From an uncultured Gemmatimonadales bacterium (GTDB lineage Bacteria > Gemmatimonadota > Gemmatimonadetes > Gemmatimonadales > Gemmatimonadaceae): 64,000 bases of DNA. The translations under genes and the position numbers were made by a program. The notes under the pieces were generated by a model. It was not told the DNA's origin. It searched no databases and saw only the letters and a program-made list of their open reading frames with translations. Below, one piece after another: positions 1 through 9,170 of this stretch (positions within the stretch are counted from its first letter, which is position 1; each line of letters opens with the position of its first letter). The stretch spans positions 800,001 to 864,000 of the forward strand of contig CAWBZV010000003.1 of NCBI GenBank assembly GCA_963793305.1. Reading direction: 5' to 3'.

Positions 1-1
1 C

Positions 2-925
2 CTGATTCACGGCCCGACCGGGGCCGGGAAAGAGCTCGTCGCGCAGGCGCTCCACGTGCTGAGCCACCGCACGGGCCGGTTCGTTCCCGTCAATGTCGCG
101 GCCGTTCCCGATGCGATGTTCGAGGATGAGTTCTTTGGCCACGTGCGGGGGGCATTCACGGGAGCCATCCGGGACCGTTTCGGCCTGTTGGCCGAGGCGC
201 ATCACGGCACGTTGTTTCTCGACGAGGTGGGTTCGTTCAGCGCGACGGCGCAGCCCAAATTGCTCCGCGTGCTGGAGACGCAACTGTTCCGACCGATCGG
301 CGCGCGGGCCGATCAGCGCAGCGAGTTTCGGACACTGGCCGCGACGAACGAGGAGCTCGAGGATCTCATCGGCGCCCACCGGTTCCGCCGCGATCTCCGC
401 CGCCGGCTCGCGGAGTGCGTCGTGTACGTCCCACCGCTCGTGGACCGCCGCGAAGATATCGGGCCGCTGGCGCAGCACTTCGCGCAACGCGTCGCGGGGA
501 CGCGCGCCATCGTGATCACACCGGATGCCCGGCGGGTGCTTCAAACCTACGATTGGCCGGACAACGTGCGGGAGTTGCGGCAGACGATCGAGTGCGCGTT
601 GGCGCTCGGCGACGGGATGCGCGTCGATGCGAACGGTCTGTGCGCCGCACTCGGCACCCGCGCCACCGCGCGGCCGACTGCGAGCGGCGGCGAGATCGCG
701 CTCGACCGCCAGCGTCTCGTGCAAGTGCTCGAAGAGTGCGACTGGAACACGGCGACCGCCGCGGAGCGCATCGGCGTGAATCGTTCGACGATCTACCGTC
801 GGATGTGGCGATTCGGCGTGACGCAGCCAGACAGCAATGATTTGCGCGATTTGCGCCGAACCGACGCAAATCCGCATGCCTCGGACGCAAATGGCGCGAA
901 TGCGGCCGATCGTGTCACACGGTGA
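2..925 (+). CDS. Sigma-54-dependent enhancer-binding transcriptional regulator (AAA+ and Fis-type HTH), 5'-truncated by window edge
   Basis: Open frame from base 2: Walker A GPTGAGKE, GAFTGA loop, Walker B LFLDEVG, WPDNVRELR, C-terminal HTH TAAERIGVNRSTIYRRM. Confidence 0.93.
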   Translation: MIHGPTGAGKELVAQALHVLSHRTGRFVPVNVAAVPDAMFEDEFFGHVRGAFTGAIRDRFGLLAEAHHGTLFLDEVGSFSATAQPKLLRVLETQLFRPIGARADQRSEFRTLAATNEELEDLIGAHRFRRDLRRRLAECVVYVPPLVDRREDIGPLAQHFAQRVAGTRAIVITPDARRVLQTYDWPDNVRELRQTIECALALGDGMRVDANGLCAALGTRATARPTASGGEIALDRQRLVQVLEECDWNTATAAERIGVNRSTIYRRMWRFGVTQPDSNDLRDLRRTDANPHASDANGANAADRVTR

Positions 926-980
926 AGATCCAATGCCACAGGGGGTTAGCGAGATACCGCTGTGCGGTCCGTCGCGTGCT
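840..980 (+). promoter_or_regulatory. Putative sigma-54 promoter with upstream activator-site repeats
   Basis: GG-N10-GC at 966-979 (cGGtccgtcgcgtGCt); ATTTGCG at 840 and 849 and its complement CGCAAAT at 865 and 886. Confidence 0.45.
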
Positions 981-1018
981 TAAGAACGCCTCCGACTCTC
1001 GCGCCCGGAGGCGTGTTC

Positions 1019-4000
1019 GTGCTCACGAATTGTTGGCGGTTCGTTCTTGTTGTTGTCTGCGCGTTGCTCGTCGCACTCGCTGGTGGGGTTCAGACGGCGT
1101 CCGCTCAGGTCGTCCCGCACCCACCGCGTCCATTCATCTGCATGCCCGGCCAACCCGGGTGTCACACGTATCCCCCCTCGGCGAGCATCAGCCCGACCAC
1201 TGAGACGGTCTCGTCGCGGACGCTGGCGGTGACGGTGACGCTGTGTGACAGCGTCAGCCTCGGAGCCGATTCGGTCGTCTTCAACGGCACCAACAACACG
1301 AGCGCCTTCACGGTCACGAACGTGACCGGATCGGGCCAATGCGCCGTGGAGAAGAAGCTGACCGCGACGCTTCCGCCACTGAACCTCGGGGCGAACACGC
1401 TCGTCGCGTACGTCTACAATGACTTCAGTGGCAACCTGACGAGCTCCATCGCATCCGTCACGTATACATACAACCCACCGCCGAGCGTCAGCGTGACGCC
1501 GAAGGGCAGCTCGCTCTCGCTCCCGACCTCGGCCTCCGACTCCGTCACGTTCACCGTGACGAGTCTCGAGTCGGGATCCGACAGCGCCGCCTTCACGTGC
1601 TCGGCGCCCGGCATCACCACGAGCTGCACGGTGGTGGCCGGGAAGCGATTGGCGGGCGGCGCCAACGCGCCGATCGCCGTACACCTCAATCAGCCGGCGG
1701 CCGCGACGGGCACGGTCACCTTGACCGCGACGATGACGGGGACCCTGGGCTCCGACAATGGGACCATCAACCTCACGCTCATCGATCGCACCCAAGTCCT
1801 GCGGATCGTCGCCGGCGGAGGGATACAGCAGGTGTTGCCGAGTGCCGCCATCGTCGCGCCATTCACGGTGACGAACTACGGCAACCTGCAGGACACCGTC
1901 AACCTCAGTACCACGTGCCCGGGGTCGGCGTTGAGTGGCAGTTGCACGCCGTCGGTCACCTCCTTCACGCTGACTCCGGGGGCATCGCGTGCCGTCACGG
2001 TGAGCGTCGCGGCCGGCACCACGGTCGGTGCGACCGGAACGGTGGGGTTGGTCGGCGCACTCGCCAGTGGTGGCGTGCGCGACAGCGCGTACACCGACAT
2101 CACCATTCGCGCCGCCCGCTCACACGGCGTCGAGCTCGGCGCGGTGAACGACTTCTCGCAGCAGACGCCCGCCCTCTGCTACGCGCGGGCGATCGTGCCG
2201 CGCGCGGCGTACGAGTGTGGCAACCTCCGCATCGCCCATGCCCTGCCGGCCGTCCGGACCTACAACAAGGTCCGGGTGCCGACGCTGCTGTACAGTAGTC
2301 AGCTCGCGCACCCGCATCCCGTGATCAATGCGATCATCACCCTCGACGCGAGCCAGGGCACGCCCGACAGCGTCCTCGGGCAGCTGATGGATGGGAGTGG
2401 CAATACCCTCGGCCATGGCAAGTGGGCCGGCGCCTCATTCGCCAACGGCGCGTCGCGCGCGGTGAGCATCGGTTACAACGCGAGTGGCGTGACGACGAAC
2501 GAGTACAGCTGGAAGGTGCAAGCGCAGGCGTTCTATCCCGATACGATGCTCCCCTACGTCACGAACGAGTTCTATGCGCTCGTCAGCGCGCAGGCCTCGC
2601 ATCTCGGACACGGCTGGACCGTGGCCGGCGTCGAGTCCATGCACGTCTACTCGTGCGGGTGCTCGATGTTGTGGAATTCGGCGGATGGCAGTGCCGAGTT
2701 TTACTCGAACCAGAGCACGGGTTCGTCGTCGACGTTCGCGCCAACGTCGGGATTGCTGACGCGGCCCGACACGATGAAGACCGATCACTCGACCGGGGTG
2801 CTGCACTACATTCGCTACGCGCCGCACGGCGTGCAGGTGATCTTCGATTCCACGGGGCATCATCTCCAAACGCGCGACCGCCTCGGGCACGTGACCACCT
2901 TCACGTACGTCAATGGGACGGACGTCGCCACCATCACGGTGCCGGCGCCGGGCGCGACGCTAACCTATCAGTTCGTGTACGACGGCACGACGCACATGTT
3001 GGACTCGGTCATCGCGCCGTCCGTCGGGGGGGAGCCGACCCGCGCCACCAAGCTCACGATCAACAGCGCGGGCGATGTGACGGCGATCCGGGACCCGGAT
3101 GGGATGTCGGTCACGTTCAACTATCGCACGGGTGGCGACTCCGACGTCATCACGTCGCTCACGGATCGCCGTGGCACGTATACGGCCTTCACCTACGATG
3201 CCGCGCGGGAGCTGGCGACCGCAACGGTCGACTCGACGAGCGGTGGATTCAATCTGACGACGAGCTTCGCCGGCGCGAACGCCTCGACGCTCACCGCTGC
3301 GCTCAACCAGGATTCGGTCTCGATGCTCGTGAACGGGCCGCGGACCGATGTCAGCGATACGGCGCGGATCTGGACGAATCGCTTTGGCCAGCCGGTCCGG
3401 CTCCGCGATGCGCTCGGCTACGAGACCGACCTGACGATGGGCAATACGACGTACTTGGCGGAGGTGACCCGACTCCGCCACCCCAACGGCCAGGTGCTTG
3501 GCGCGGTCCCCGATCCACGTGGCAACCTACAGAGCGAGACCGACTCGAGCCTCGTCAGCGGTGGTCAGTACGCCACGACGGCCTATACGTACGATGGCAA
3601 GTTCGACTTCGTCACGAGCATCACACCCCCATTGCTCGACGCGACGACGTTCACGTACGACACGGTGAATGGAAATCGACTCACGGCGCGGAATGCGCTC
3701 GGCGACTCGACCACCATCAACTACTTCTACGGCAACAGCGACTCGTTGCTCTCATCATCCCAGCCTCCCCACACGGCCAAGGACTCGATCCAGTACGATG
3801 GCGTCTTCGGCAACGTCGTGGGCGAGATGACGCCGCTCGGGTATTGGACGCTGACCCTCCTCGACGGGTATGGTCGGGATTCGTTGGCCATCACGCCCCT
3901 TCCGGCAGCCGACAAATCGCACGACCCGACGGGCGCGGGCGCCGTACGCGATACGACGGAGACGTTGTACGACCCGCTCGATCGTCCCTACTTCACGCTG

Positions 4001-6574
4001 ACGATCGCGCCGACGTACAACGGCGTGGTGCGCCAGACATCGAGCGTGCTCACCGACTACGACGGGGAAGGCGCCGTTCTCTCGACGCAGATCCAGCCAT
4101 CGCCGGACCCCAACAACATTGAACTGATCACCACGTTCCACTTTTATGACCGCGTCGGGCGGCTGAGCTACACGCAACATCCAGACAATTCGAAGGACAG
4201 CACGTACTACGACGCCGCTGGGAACGTGGATACCATCTATACCCGGCGCGGATACAAGATCCCTCAGGCGTTCGATGCATTGAATCGCATCGTGAAGCGC
4301 ATCGTGCCCTCGGTGTTCTACCCCAAGGACTCGATCGGCATTCCGGCGTTGACGGAGCAGAAGAGCTTCTACCTCACACAGAACCCGCCGTACGGCAATC
4401 TCACGATTCCGGGCGACAGCGCGGCGTTTCGCTATGACGAAGTCAGCAATACCGTCGAGGCGGACAATGCCGATGCGCGGATCAGCCGTGTCTACGACGC
4501 CGCGGGCCGGTTGCTCACCGAGACACAGCGCGTCCGCACGCGTGATGGTCAGAACTTCAATACGCACATCTACACGGTGGGGTACGGCTACGATCGCGAC
4601 AGCCGACGCACACTGGTCGTGCATCCAAGCCAGCTGGCGGCGATCGTCAGCGGCCAGTCCCGCGATACGTCCATCTACGGGTACGACCTGGCATCGCACG
4701 TGAGTACTGTGCGGGACATTCTCGGCGGAACGTTCACCTATGGGTACTCGGCCCGTGGCGATCTCATATCGTTGGCATTCCCCGATGGCGCGACCGAGGA
4801 GCGATTCGGGACCGATGACGACGGGCGCTTGACGAACGATTCGATCGGCCCCCTCAGCGGGGCGGCGAATTCGCGGAAGACGGCGCTGACCTACGATGCG
4901 CGCGGCAAGATCCTGACGGGGGTCAACACCTTCGGCATCCAGGACAACGTATCGGCAACGTATTCCGCCATGGGACACGTCGTCGTGCACAATGCTTCAT
5001 TCATCTTTCCGGCGTACGACGGCAGTCCGCAGCAGAACGGCACGGATGACGAGACGTACACACTGGATCCCCTGGGGAATCAAGTCAGCTCGACCTCGAG
5101 CACCAATATCGCCGTCGGGACCATCTCTGATCCGACGACCAGCCTCGCGTTGGCGGGCTACAACAACCGCATTGGGGAGCAGACGGTGCGTCAGGGAGGG
5201 AGCGCCGGTGTCCATGGCTCAGCCGACGCGCTGTTATACGACGCGGAAGGCAACCTGTACGGGACCTATCAGACATCAATCGTGCAGGGCGACCCCGCGG
5301 TAGATCTCTTCTCGTACTATGGCGCGGACAATCGGCTCCGCATGGCGGACAATCGAACGGTCGCCAATGCGTTCGTCCAGACGCTGACGATTTCGAGCCG
5401 CGCGCTCGAGACCTATCGCTACGACGCGCTCGGCCGCCGGGTGTTCAAGCAAGCCGACGACTGGTGTCCGACCAACACGACGGTCTGGAACTACTGCCAT
5501 CGCGCCACGCTGCGCCGCTTTGTGTGGGACGGCGCGCAAGAGTTGGACGAAATTCAGACGCAGGATACCGCCGTCGTATCGATTGCCGAAGCCGACACCG
5601 GCGTCGTCAAGCTCGGCATCCAATGCAATGGCGTGTGCTCCGACAACAACAAATTCTTCGGTCGAGTGCTGTACACGACCGGATTGACGGTCGACCAGCC
5701 GTTGGCGGTGACGCGTGTGGACTATGCCGACTCGGCGACCGTCGTCAATGGCTTAGCCGGCACGCCGGTGCCGTACTATGTCCACCCGCCACTCACGTTC
5801 GTGCCGGTGTGGAACGCCTACGGCCGGTGGGACGCTGTTCTCGATTACGAGTGCGTGACGATGCCGGGCAGCACGCAGCCGCGCTGCGTCGACTCGCAGG
5901 TCGAACTCGGACTCAATCCATACGACAACCTGCACGTCAACGTCCTCAGTTATATGGGATCGATGTTGGAGGACAAGCGCGATGAGACTGGGACACGATA
6001 CCGGCGGGCTCGCACGTACAATCCGACCACCGGGCTGTTCACACAGGAAGATCCCCTCGGCCTCGCCGGCGGGCTCAACGCCTACGGCTTCGCGGAAAGC
6101 GACCCGGTTAATTATTCCGATCCTTTCGGGTTGTGTCCCTTCGGTCAGGTGGTGTGCAACCTCTTCAATAGTTACGCGAACTGGCGTGACGATCAGGAAA
6201 GTGAGTACAAGGAATTTCACGGCGGCGACCAGGTGGTCGCGCTCGAGGTCCCCGGCATATTTGCCGCTGCCAGCCCCGAAGGCATCGCGGAAGGACTCGG
6301 GGAGATCGGAGAGCAATTCGAAAACATCTCAAACGAACTCAAGACCTCGAATCACTTTCAAGCGGCTCGGATGGAGCAGACGGGCCGCCTGGAGACAGGT
6401 GCCGATCACGCGCATGAGCTCAAGGACTTCGCCAACGGCCTGCGCAACTCCGCGGTCAAACTGAAACGTATCTTGAGTAATCCCAAGCTCGAGGCTGCGG
6501 TTCGTAAAGATGCACAGGAGCTCCTCAGCAACGTCAGCATACTGCGCGACCGTATCATGGAGGCACTGAAGTGA
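1019..6574 (+). CDS. RHS/YD-repeat polymorphic toxin with signal peptide, Ig-like N-terminal domains and Ntox28-like C-terminal toxin
   Basis: Likely start GTG 1019 after GGAGG (1007-1011); hydrophobic leader ending ASA-Q; YD repeats; core RARTYNPTTGLFTQEDPLGLAGGLNAYGF..DPVNYSDPFGL; variable C-terminus. Confidence 0.92.
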   Translation: MLTNCWRFVLVVVCALLVALAGGVQTASAQVVPHPPRPFICMPGQPGCHTYPPSASISPTTETVSSRTLAVTVTLCDSVSLGADSVVFNGTNNTSAFTVTNVTGSGQCAVEKKLTATLPPLNLGANTLVAYVYNDFSGNLTSSIASVTYTYNPPPSVSVTPKGSSLSLPTSASDSVTFTVTSLESGSDSAAFTCSAPGITTSCTVVAGKRLAGGANAPIAVHLNQPAAATGTVTLTATMTGTLGSDNGTINLTLIDRTQVLRIVAGGGIQQVLPSAAIVAPFTVTNYGNLQDTVNLSTTCPGSALSGSCTPSVTSFTLTPGASRAVTVSVAAGTTVGATGTVGLVGALASGGVRDSAYTDITIRAARSHGVELGAVNDFSQQTPALCYARAIVPRAAYECGNLRIAHALPAVRTYNKVRVPTLLYSSQLAHPHPVINAIITLDASQGTPDSVLGQLMDGSGNTLGHGKWAGASFANGASRAVSIGYNASGVTTNEYSWKVQAQAFYPDTMLPYVTNEFYALVSAQASHLGHGWTVAGVESMHVYSCGCSMLWNSADGSAEFYSNQSTGSSSTFAPTSGLLTRPDTMKTDHSTGVLHYIRYAPHGVQVIFDSTGHHLQTRDRLGHVTTFTYVNGTDVATITVPAPGATLTYQFVYDGTTHMLDSVIAPSVGGEPTRATKLTINSAGDVTAIRDPDGMSVTFNYRTGGDSDVITSLTDRRGTYTAFTYDAARELATATVDSTSGGFNLTTSFAGANASTLTAALNQDSVSMLVNGPRTDVSDTARIWTNRFGQPVRLRDALGYETDLTMGNTTYLAEVTRLRHPNGQVLGAVPDPRGNLQSETDSSLVSGGQYATTAYTYDGKFDFVTSITPPLLDATTFTYDTVNGNRLTARNALGDSTTINYFYGNSDSLLSSSQPPHTAKDSIQYDGVFGNVVGEMTPLGYWTLTLLDGYGRDSLAITPLPAADKSHDPTGAGAVRDTTETLYDPLDRPYFTLTIAPTYNGVVRQTSSVLTDYDGEGAVLSTQIQPSPDPNNIELITTFHFYDRVGRLSYTQHPDNSKDSTYYDAAGNVDTIYTRRGYKIPQAFDALNRIVKRIVPSVFYPKDSIGIPALTEQKSFYLTQNPPYGNLTIPGDSAAFRYDEVSNTVEADNADARISRVYDAAGRLLTETQRVRTRDGQNFNTHIYTVGYGYDRDSRRTLVVHPSQLAAIVSGQSRDTSIYGYDLASHVSTVRDILGGTFTYGYSARGDLISLAFPDGATEERFGTDDDGRLTNDSIGPLSGAANSRKTALTYDARGKILTGVNTFGIQDNVSATYSAMGHVVVHNASFIFPAYDGSPQQNGTDDETYTLDPLGNQVSSTSSTNIAVGTISDPTTSLALAGYNNRIGEQTVRQGGSAGVHGSADALLYDAEGNLYGTYQTSIVQGDPAVDLFSYYGADNRLRMADNRTVANAFVQTLTISSRALETYRYDALGRRVFKQADDWCPTNTTVWNYCHRATLRRFVWDGAQELDEIQTQDTAVVSIAEADTGVVKLGIQCNGVCSDNNKFFGRVLYTTGLTVDQPLAVTRVDYADSATVVNGLAGTPVPYYVHPPLTFVPVWNAYGRWDAVLDYECVTMPGSTQPRCVDSQVELGLNPYDNLHVNVLSYMGSMLEDKRDETGTRYRRARTYNPTTGLFTQEDPLGLAGGLNAYGFAESDPVNYSDPFGLCPFGQVVCNLFNSYANWRDDQESEYKEFHGGDQVVALEVPGIFAAASPEGIAEGLGEIGEQFENISNELKTSNHFQAARMEQTGRLETGADHAHELKDFANGLRNSAVKLKRILSNPKLEAAVRKDAQELLSNVSILRDRIMEALK

Positions 6575-7035
6575 ACATAGACCTGTCGCCGTGGAGGGCA
6601 CCGGCGGAGCTCGTCGACGCGATTTGGGCTGCGCGACGCGAGCAGCGGAGGGACCTGCAACCGGCGATCGTGCAACTGCTCGATCACGATAACCCGACCG
6701 TTCGTGAAGAGGCGGTGTCGTTGCTTTTTGTCAAGTGGGCGGATCGCTCGCTTCGTGACCGGCTCATCGGCCTGATGCGATCCGACCCTGATTTCGGGGT
6801 ACGGGCGCGGGCAGCCGGGGCCCTTGGACTGACATCGGACGACCGGAGCCGGCGCCGCGACTGTGAAGTACTCCGGCAGATCGTACTCGATAGGGAAGAC
6901 GACCCGGTCGTCCGTAAGGCGTGTTATGAGGCACTACAAGGAATGATCCACGGCAAGGCAATGCTACTCGACGACGATGTCGATCTCGATGAGGATGTGG
7001 ATTTGGAATGGGTGAAGGCAGCCTGCGGTGACTGA
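6571..7035 (+). CDS. HEAT-repeat protein, probable cognate immunity protein
   Basis: GTGA overlap with RHS stop; three HEAT/PBS-like units (DNPTVREEAVSLL, DPDFGVRARAAGALG, EDDPVVRKACYEAL). Confidence 0.8.
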   Translation: MNIDLSPWRAPAELVDAIWAARREQRRDLQPAIVQLLDHDNPTVREEAVSLLFVKWADRSLRDRLIGLMRSDPDFGVRARAAGALGLTSDDRSRRRDCEVLRQIVLDREDDPVVRKACYEALQGMIHGKAMLLDDDVDLDEDVDLEWVKAACGD

Positions 7036-7091
7036 GTGGCGCACCGGGCGCTTCACGGTCTTACGTCCACCCTTGACGGGATAAGACGCAA

Positions 7092-7124
7092 GCCGCTAGT
7101 GCGGATTCGGCCCGCACTAGCGGC
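7092..7124. terminator. 13-bp perfect hairpin, probable bidirectional terminator
   Basis: GCCGCTAGTGCGG-N7-CCGCACTAGCGGC between the immunity gene (+) and the convergent methyltransferase remnant (-). Confidence 0.6.
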
Positions 7125-7137
7125 GCATTCATGGTAA

Positions 7138-7236
7138 TCATTCCGTCACGAGAAAATTGAACTGGCCGAGCCCCTGCGCGCGCGCGAAGTCTGCGGTGCT
7201 GCCGAGGCGGCCCGGTCCGCGCGACGTGATGTAAGG
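7138..7236 (-). pseudogene. Diverged duplicate of the 3' end of the FkbM methyltransferase gene
   Basis: Encodes YITSRGPGRLGSTADFARAQGLGQFNFLVTE*, versus YITSRGPVPLGSTSDFARAQELGQFNFLVTE* at 11972-12070. Confidence 0.85.
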
Positions 7237-7545
7237 AAATCGTTCCTGAAGGCATCCATCTCGTGAGCCTCGGTCGCCGTCACGGGCACATTGCGTGTCG
7301 AATCGACCGTCTCCGACGCGAGCAGTTGATCCAAACAGCCGCTCATCCTCGCGCGCTACGCGCGCCGTGCGCGCGATCGACGCCTCGACGTCCACCGGCT
7401 CGCTGGCGGCTTCGACGCTCAACCAGAGGCCGATCCTGGCCCACTCCGCCGCAATCGCGGCCACTGTGTCATTGACTCCGGCGTCGGGCGAATGCTTGGC
7501 AGCTGTCGTCCTCATCTCACTTTGCCTGCGTGCCAGGCCAGGCAT
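7237..7545 (-). pseudogene. Probable fragment of a hypothetical gene fused to the FkbM remnant
   Basis: Protein-like stretch IAAEWARIGLWLSVEAASEPVDVEASIARTARVAREDERLF that then loses coding character. Confidence 0.3.
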
Positions 7546-8225
7546 CGAGCGCCGTCACCGCGGGCGCGCTCGAAGATAAGTTGGATGCTGCAGGTACGGT
7601 GAATCGCCGAGCGCGAACTTACGATCCTCTCACGGGGCGGCTTACGCAGGAGGATCCGGCCGGGTTAGCTGGAGGGCTGAATGAGTACGGTTTTGCAGCC
7701 GGTGATCCGGTCAACTACAGTGATCCGTTCGGCCTGTGTCCACCATGCGACGGCAATGGCGTGTCGCCCCAGCGCCACCATACACCGACCGCTGACGAAG
7801 AGGCATTGCAGGGCCCCGGACTGCTTGATCCTGTCGCAATCGGGACTGGGTTCTTGGCGGGTCCGGTGGATGCTGCGATCACTGGGGCGATAGAACGCGC
7901 TGGTGCGGATGCTGCAGCCACATCGGCTGCCAAAGCGGGCACCAAGGTGTATCGGGTTTTCGGCGGGGAGGCGAAGCCCATGGGTCGCTATTGGACTCCC
8001 GTAAATCCCGCAGAAGTAGCAGGCTTCCGGGCTGCGGCGGGGCTGCCAGTCGAGAACACGGGCCGATTCGTGATCGAAGGGGTGCTGCAGGATGCTACCG
8101 GAGTGCAGGTAGGGCGTGCGGCGGCCGGTGCAGGCGGTAGGGGTGGGATCCCTGAGTTCTTGGTTCCCGCGCCGGCGAAACAGATTCAAATTATAAACGT
8201 GTCTGGCGCGAACCCACCATTCTGA
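7530..8225 (+). CDS. Orphan RHS module 1: truncated RHS core plus C-terminal toxin (possible ADP-ribosyltransferase/NADase fold)
   Basis: LEDKLDAAGTVNRRARTYDPLTGRLTQEDPAGLAGGLNEYGFAAGDPVNYSDPFGLCP parallels the main RHS core; tip has VYRVFGG..GRYWT..GGIPE; no convincing start codon. Confidence 0.85.
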   Translation: MPGQASSAVTAGALEDKLDAAGTVNRRARTYDPLTGRLTQEDPAGLAGGLNEYGFAAGDPVNYSDPFGLCPPCDGNGVSPQRHHTPTADEEALQGPGLLDPVAIGTGFLAGPVDAAITGAIERAGADAAATSAAKAGTKVYRVFGGEAKPMGRYWTPVNPAEVAGFRAAAGLPVENTGRFVIEGVLQDATGVQVGRAAAGAGGRGGIPEFLVPAPAKQIQIINVSGANPPF

Positions 8226-8232
8226 GGGGGGC

Positions 8233-8622
8233 ATGAGCGACAAGGGTCCAGATTTCTTCCTTGGCTCGAGCGACAGCCGCGGTGACTTTGCGCGCGCGCG
8301 TGCAGCATCGGCGCGCGCGCGCCTCGCCGGGCCGAACAACGTTCAGTATCTGTGGATTCGCGTTGAGCCGGCGATAATCGGACAGCCGTACGGCTTAGGC
8401 GGAGCGGATATTCACGACCTGATAATCGCTCCGCACTACGACGGCAGTACCTTGTTCCCGATCAAGGAGTTTCCCATGCCTGTTGTCGTTTACCGTGCAT
8501 TAAGCGATCGGGTGTTCGAGACACTTCGATTCGGTGAAGAAGACGTCTCTAACATCGCATGGGGAGAGCTGTACCGGACGCGCGACGCGGCGGTAGCCGC
8601 CTCGGGGGGCGAAACTCTCTGA
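8233..8622 (+). CDS. Putative immunity protein for orphan toxin 1
   Basis: 129 aa ORF 7 nt after the toxin stop, with GAGGGG RBS. Confidence 0.75.
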   Translation: MSDKGPDFFLGSSDSRGDFARARAASARARLAGPNNVQYLWIRVEPAIIGQPYGLGGADIHDLIIAPHYDGSTLFPIKEFPMPVVVYRALSDRVFETLRFGEEDVSNIAWGELYRTRDAAVAASGGETL

Positions 8623-8677
8623 CGCCACGCTACCTGCAACAAGAGGACAGCGTCTATCCATTTTGCTACGAGTGCGT

Positions 8678-9019
8678 ATGAAAGACCGGTCTTCCAACGA
8701 GCGTCGTGAGCGGCGCGTCGAGTTTCTGGGCGAGCAAGATGGTCCACCGGAGCGCGAACTCAAAGCGCTTCTGCAGAAAGAACTTCGTCGATTCCCTACG
8801 GTGCGGCGAGCCTACCTTGCGCGCGTCGGGTTTGCACCGGATGCTGCAGTATCCGTGGCGTTGTGCATTGCTCCGAGCTCAAAGAATGATCAGGCCATAG
8901 TTCAGACAGTCAGTCGTGTGTTTGGAGCGTACTTCGCTTCTGAGGCTCATCTCGACATCGTCTTTCTTGATGCCGAACAGGAAGAAGATCTGAGACGCGT
9001 CTGTGGTTCGTTCCTCTAA
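8678..9019 (+). CDS. SseB C-terminal-domain-like small protein, possible accessory immunity protein
   Basis: FLGEQDGPPERELK..VRRAYLARV..HLDIVFL pattern recalls standalone SseB_C proteins; ATG 8678. Confidence 0.6.
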   Translation: MKDRSSNERRERRVEFLGEQDGPPERELKALLQKELRRFPTVRRAYLARVGFAPDAAVSVALCIAPSSKNDQAIVQTVSRVFGAYFASEAHLDIVFLDAEQEEDLRRVCGSFL

Positions 9020-9042
9020 AAACCGTGGGAATCCGCTTCGCC

Positions 9043-9170
9043 CGCGGGTCGGGTGTTAATTCGGGCCTCGGTGGGCCGTCTGGATCGCCGGACCTCACAG
9101 TCGTCGCGCGGGTCGAGTGTAAATTCGGGCCTCATCGAGCCTTCCGGATCACTGGACCTCGCGCCTGTCA
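9043..9170. repeat. Two imperfect 64-bp tandem repeats, each an internal-loop hairpin (candidate target-binding loops)
   Basis: Units start at 9043 and 9107 (cgcgggtcgRgtgtWaattcgggcctc...tcYggatcRcYggacctc); outer stem shows a compensatory G-C to A-T change. Confidence 0.85.

Noticed and set aside
9043..9170. 64-bp hairpin repeats as CRISPR repeats or integron attC sites
   Set aside because: Only two units, no spacers, no RYYYAAC/GTTRRRY boxes or integrase; better explained as IS110 guide loops
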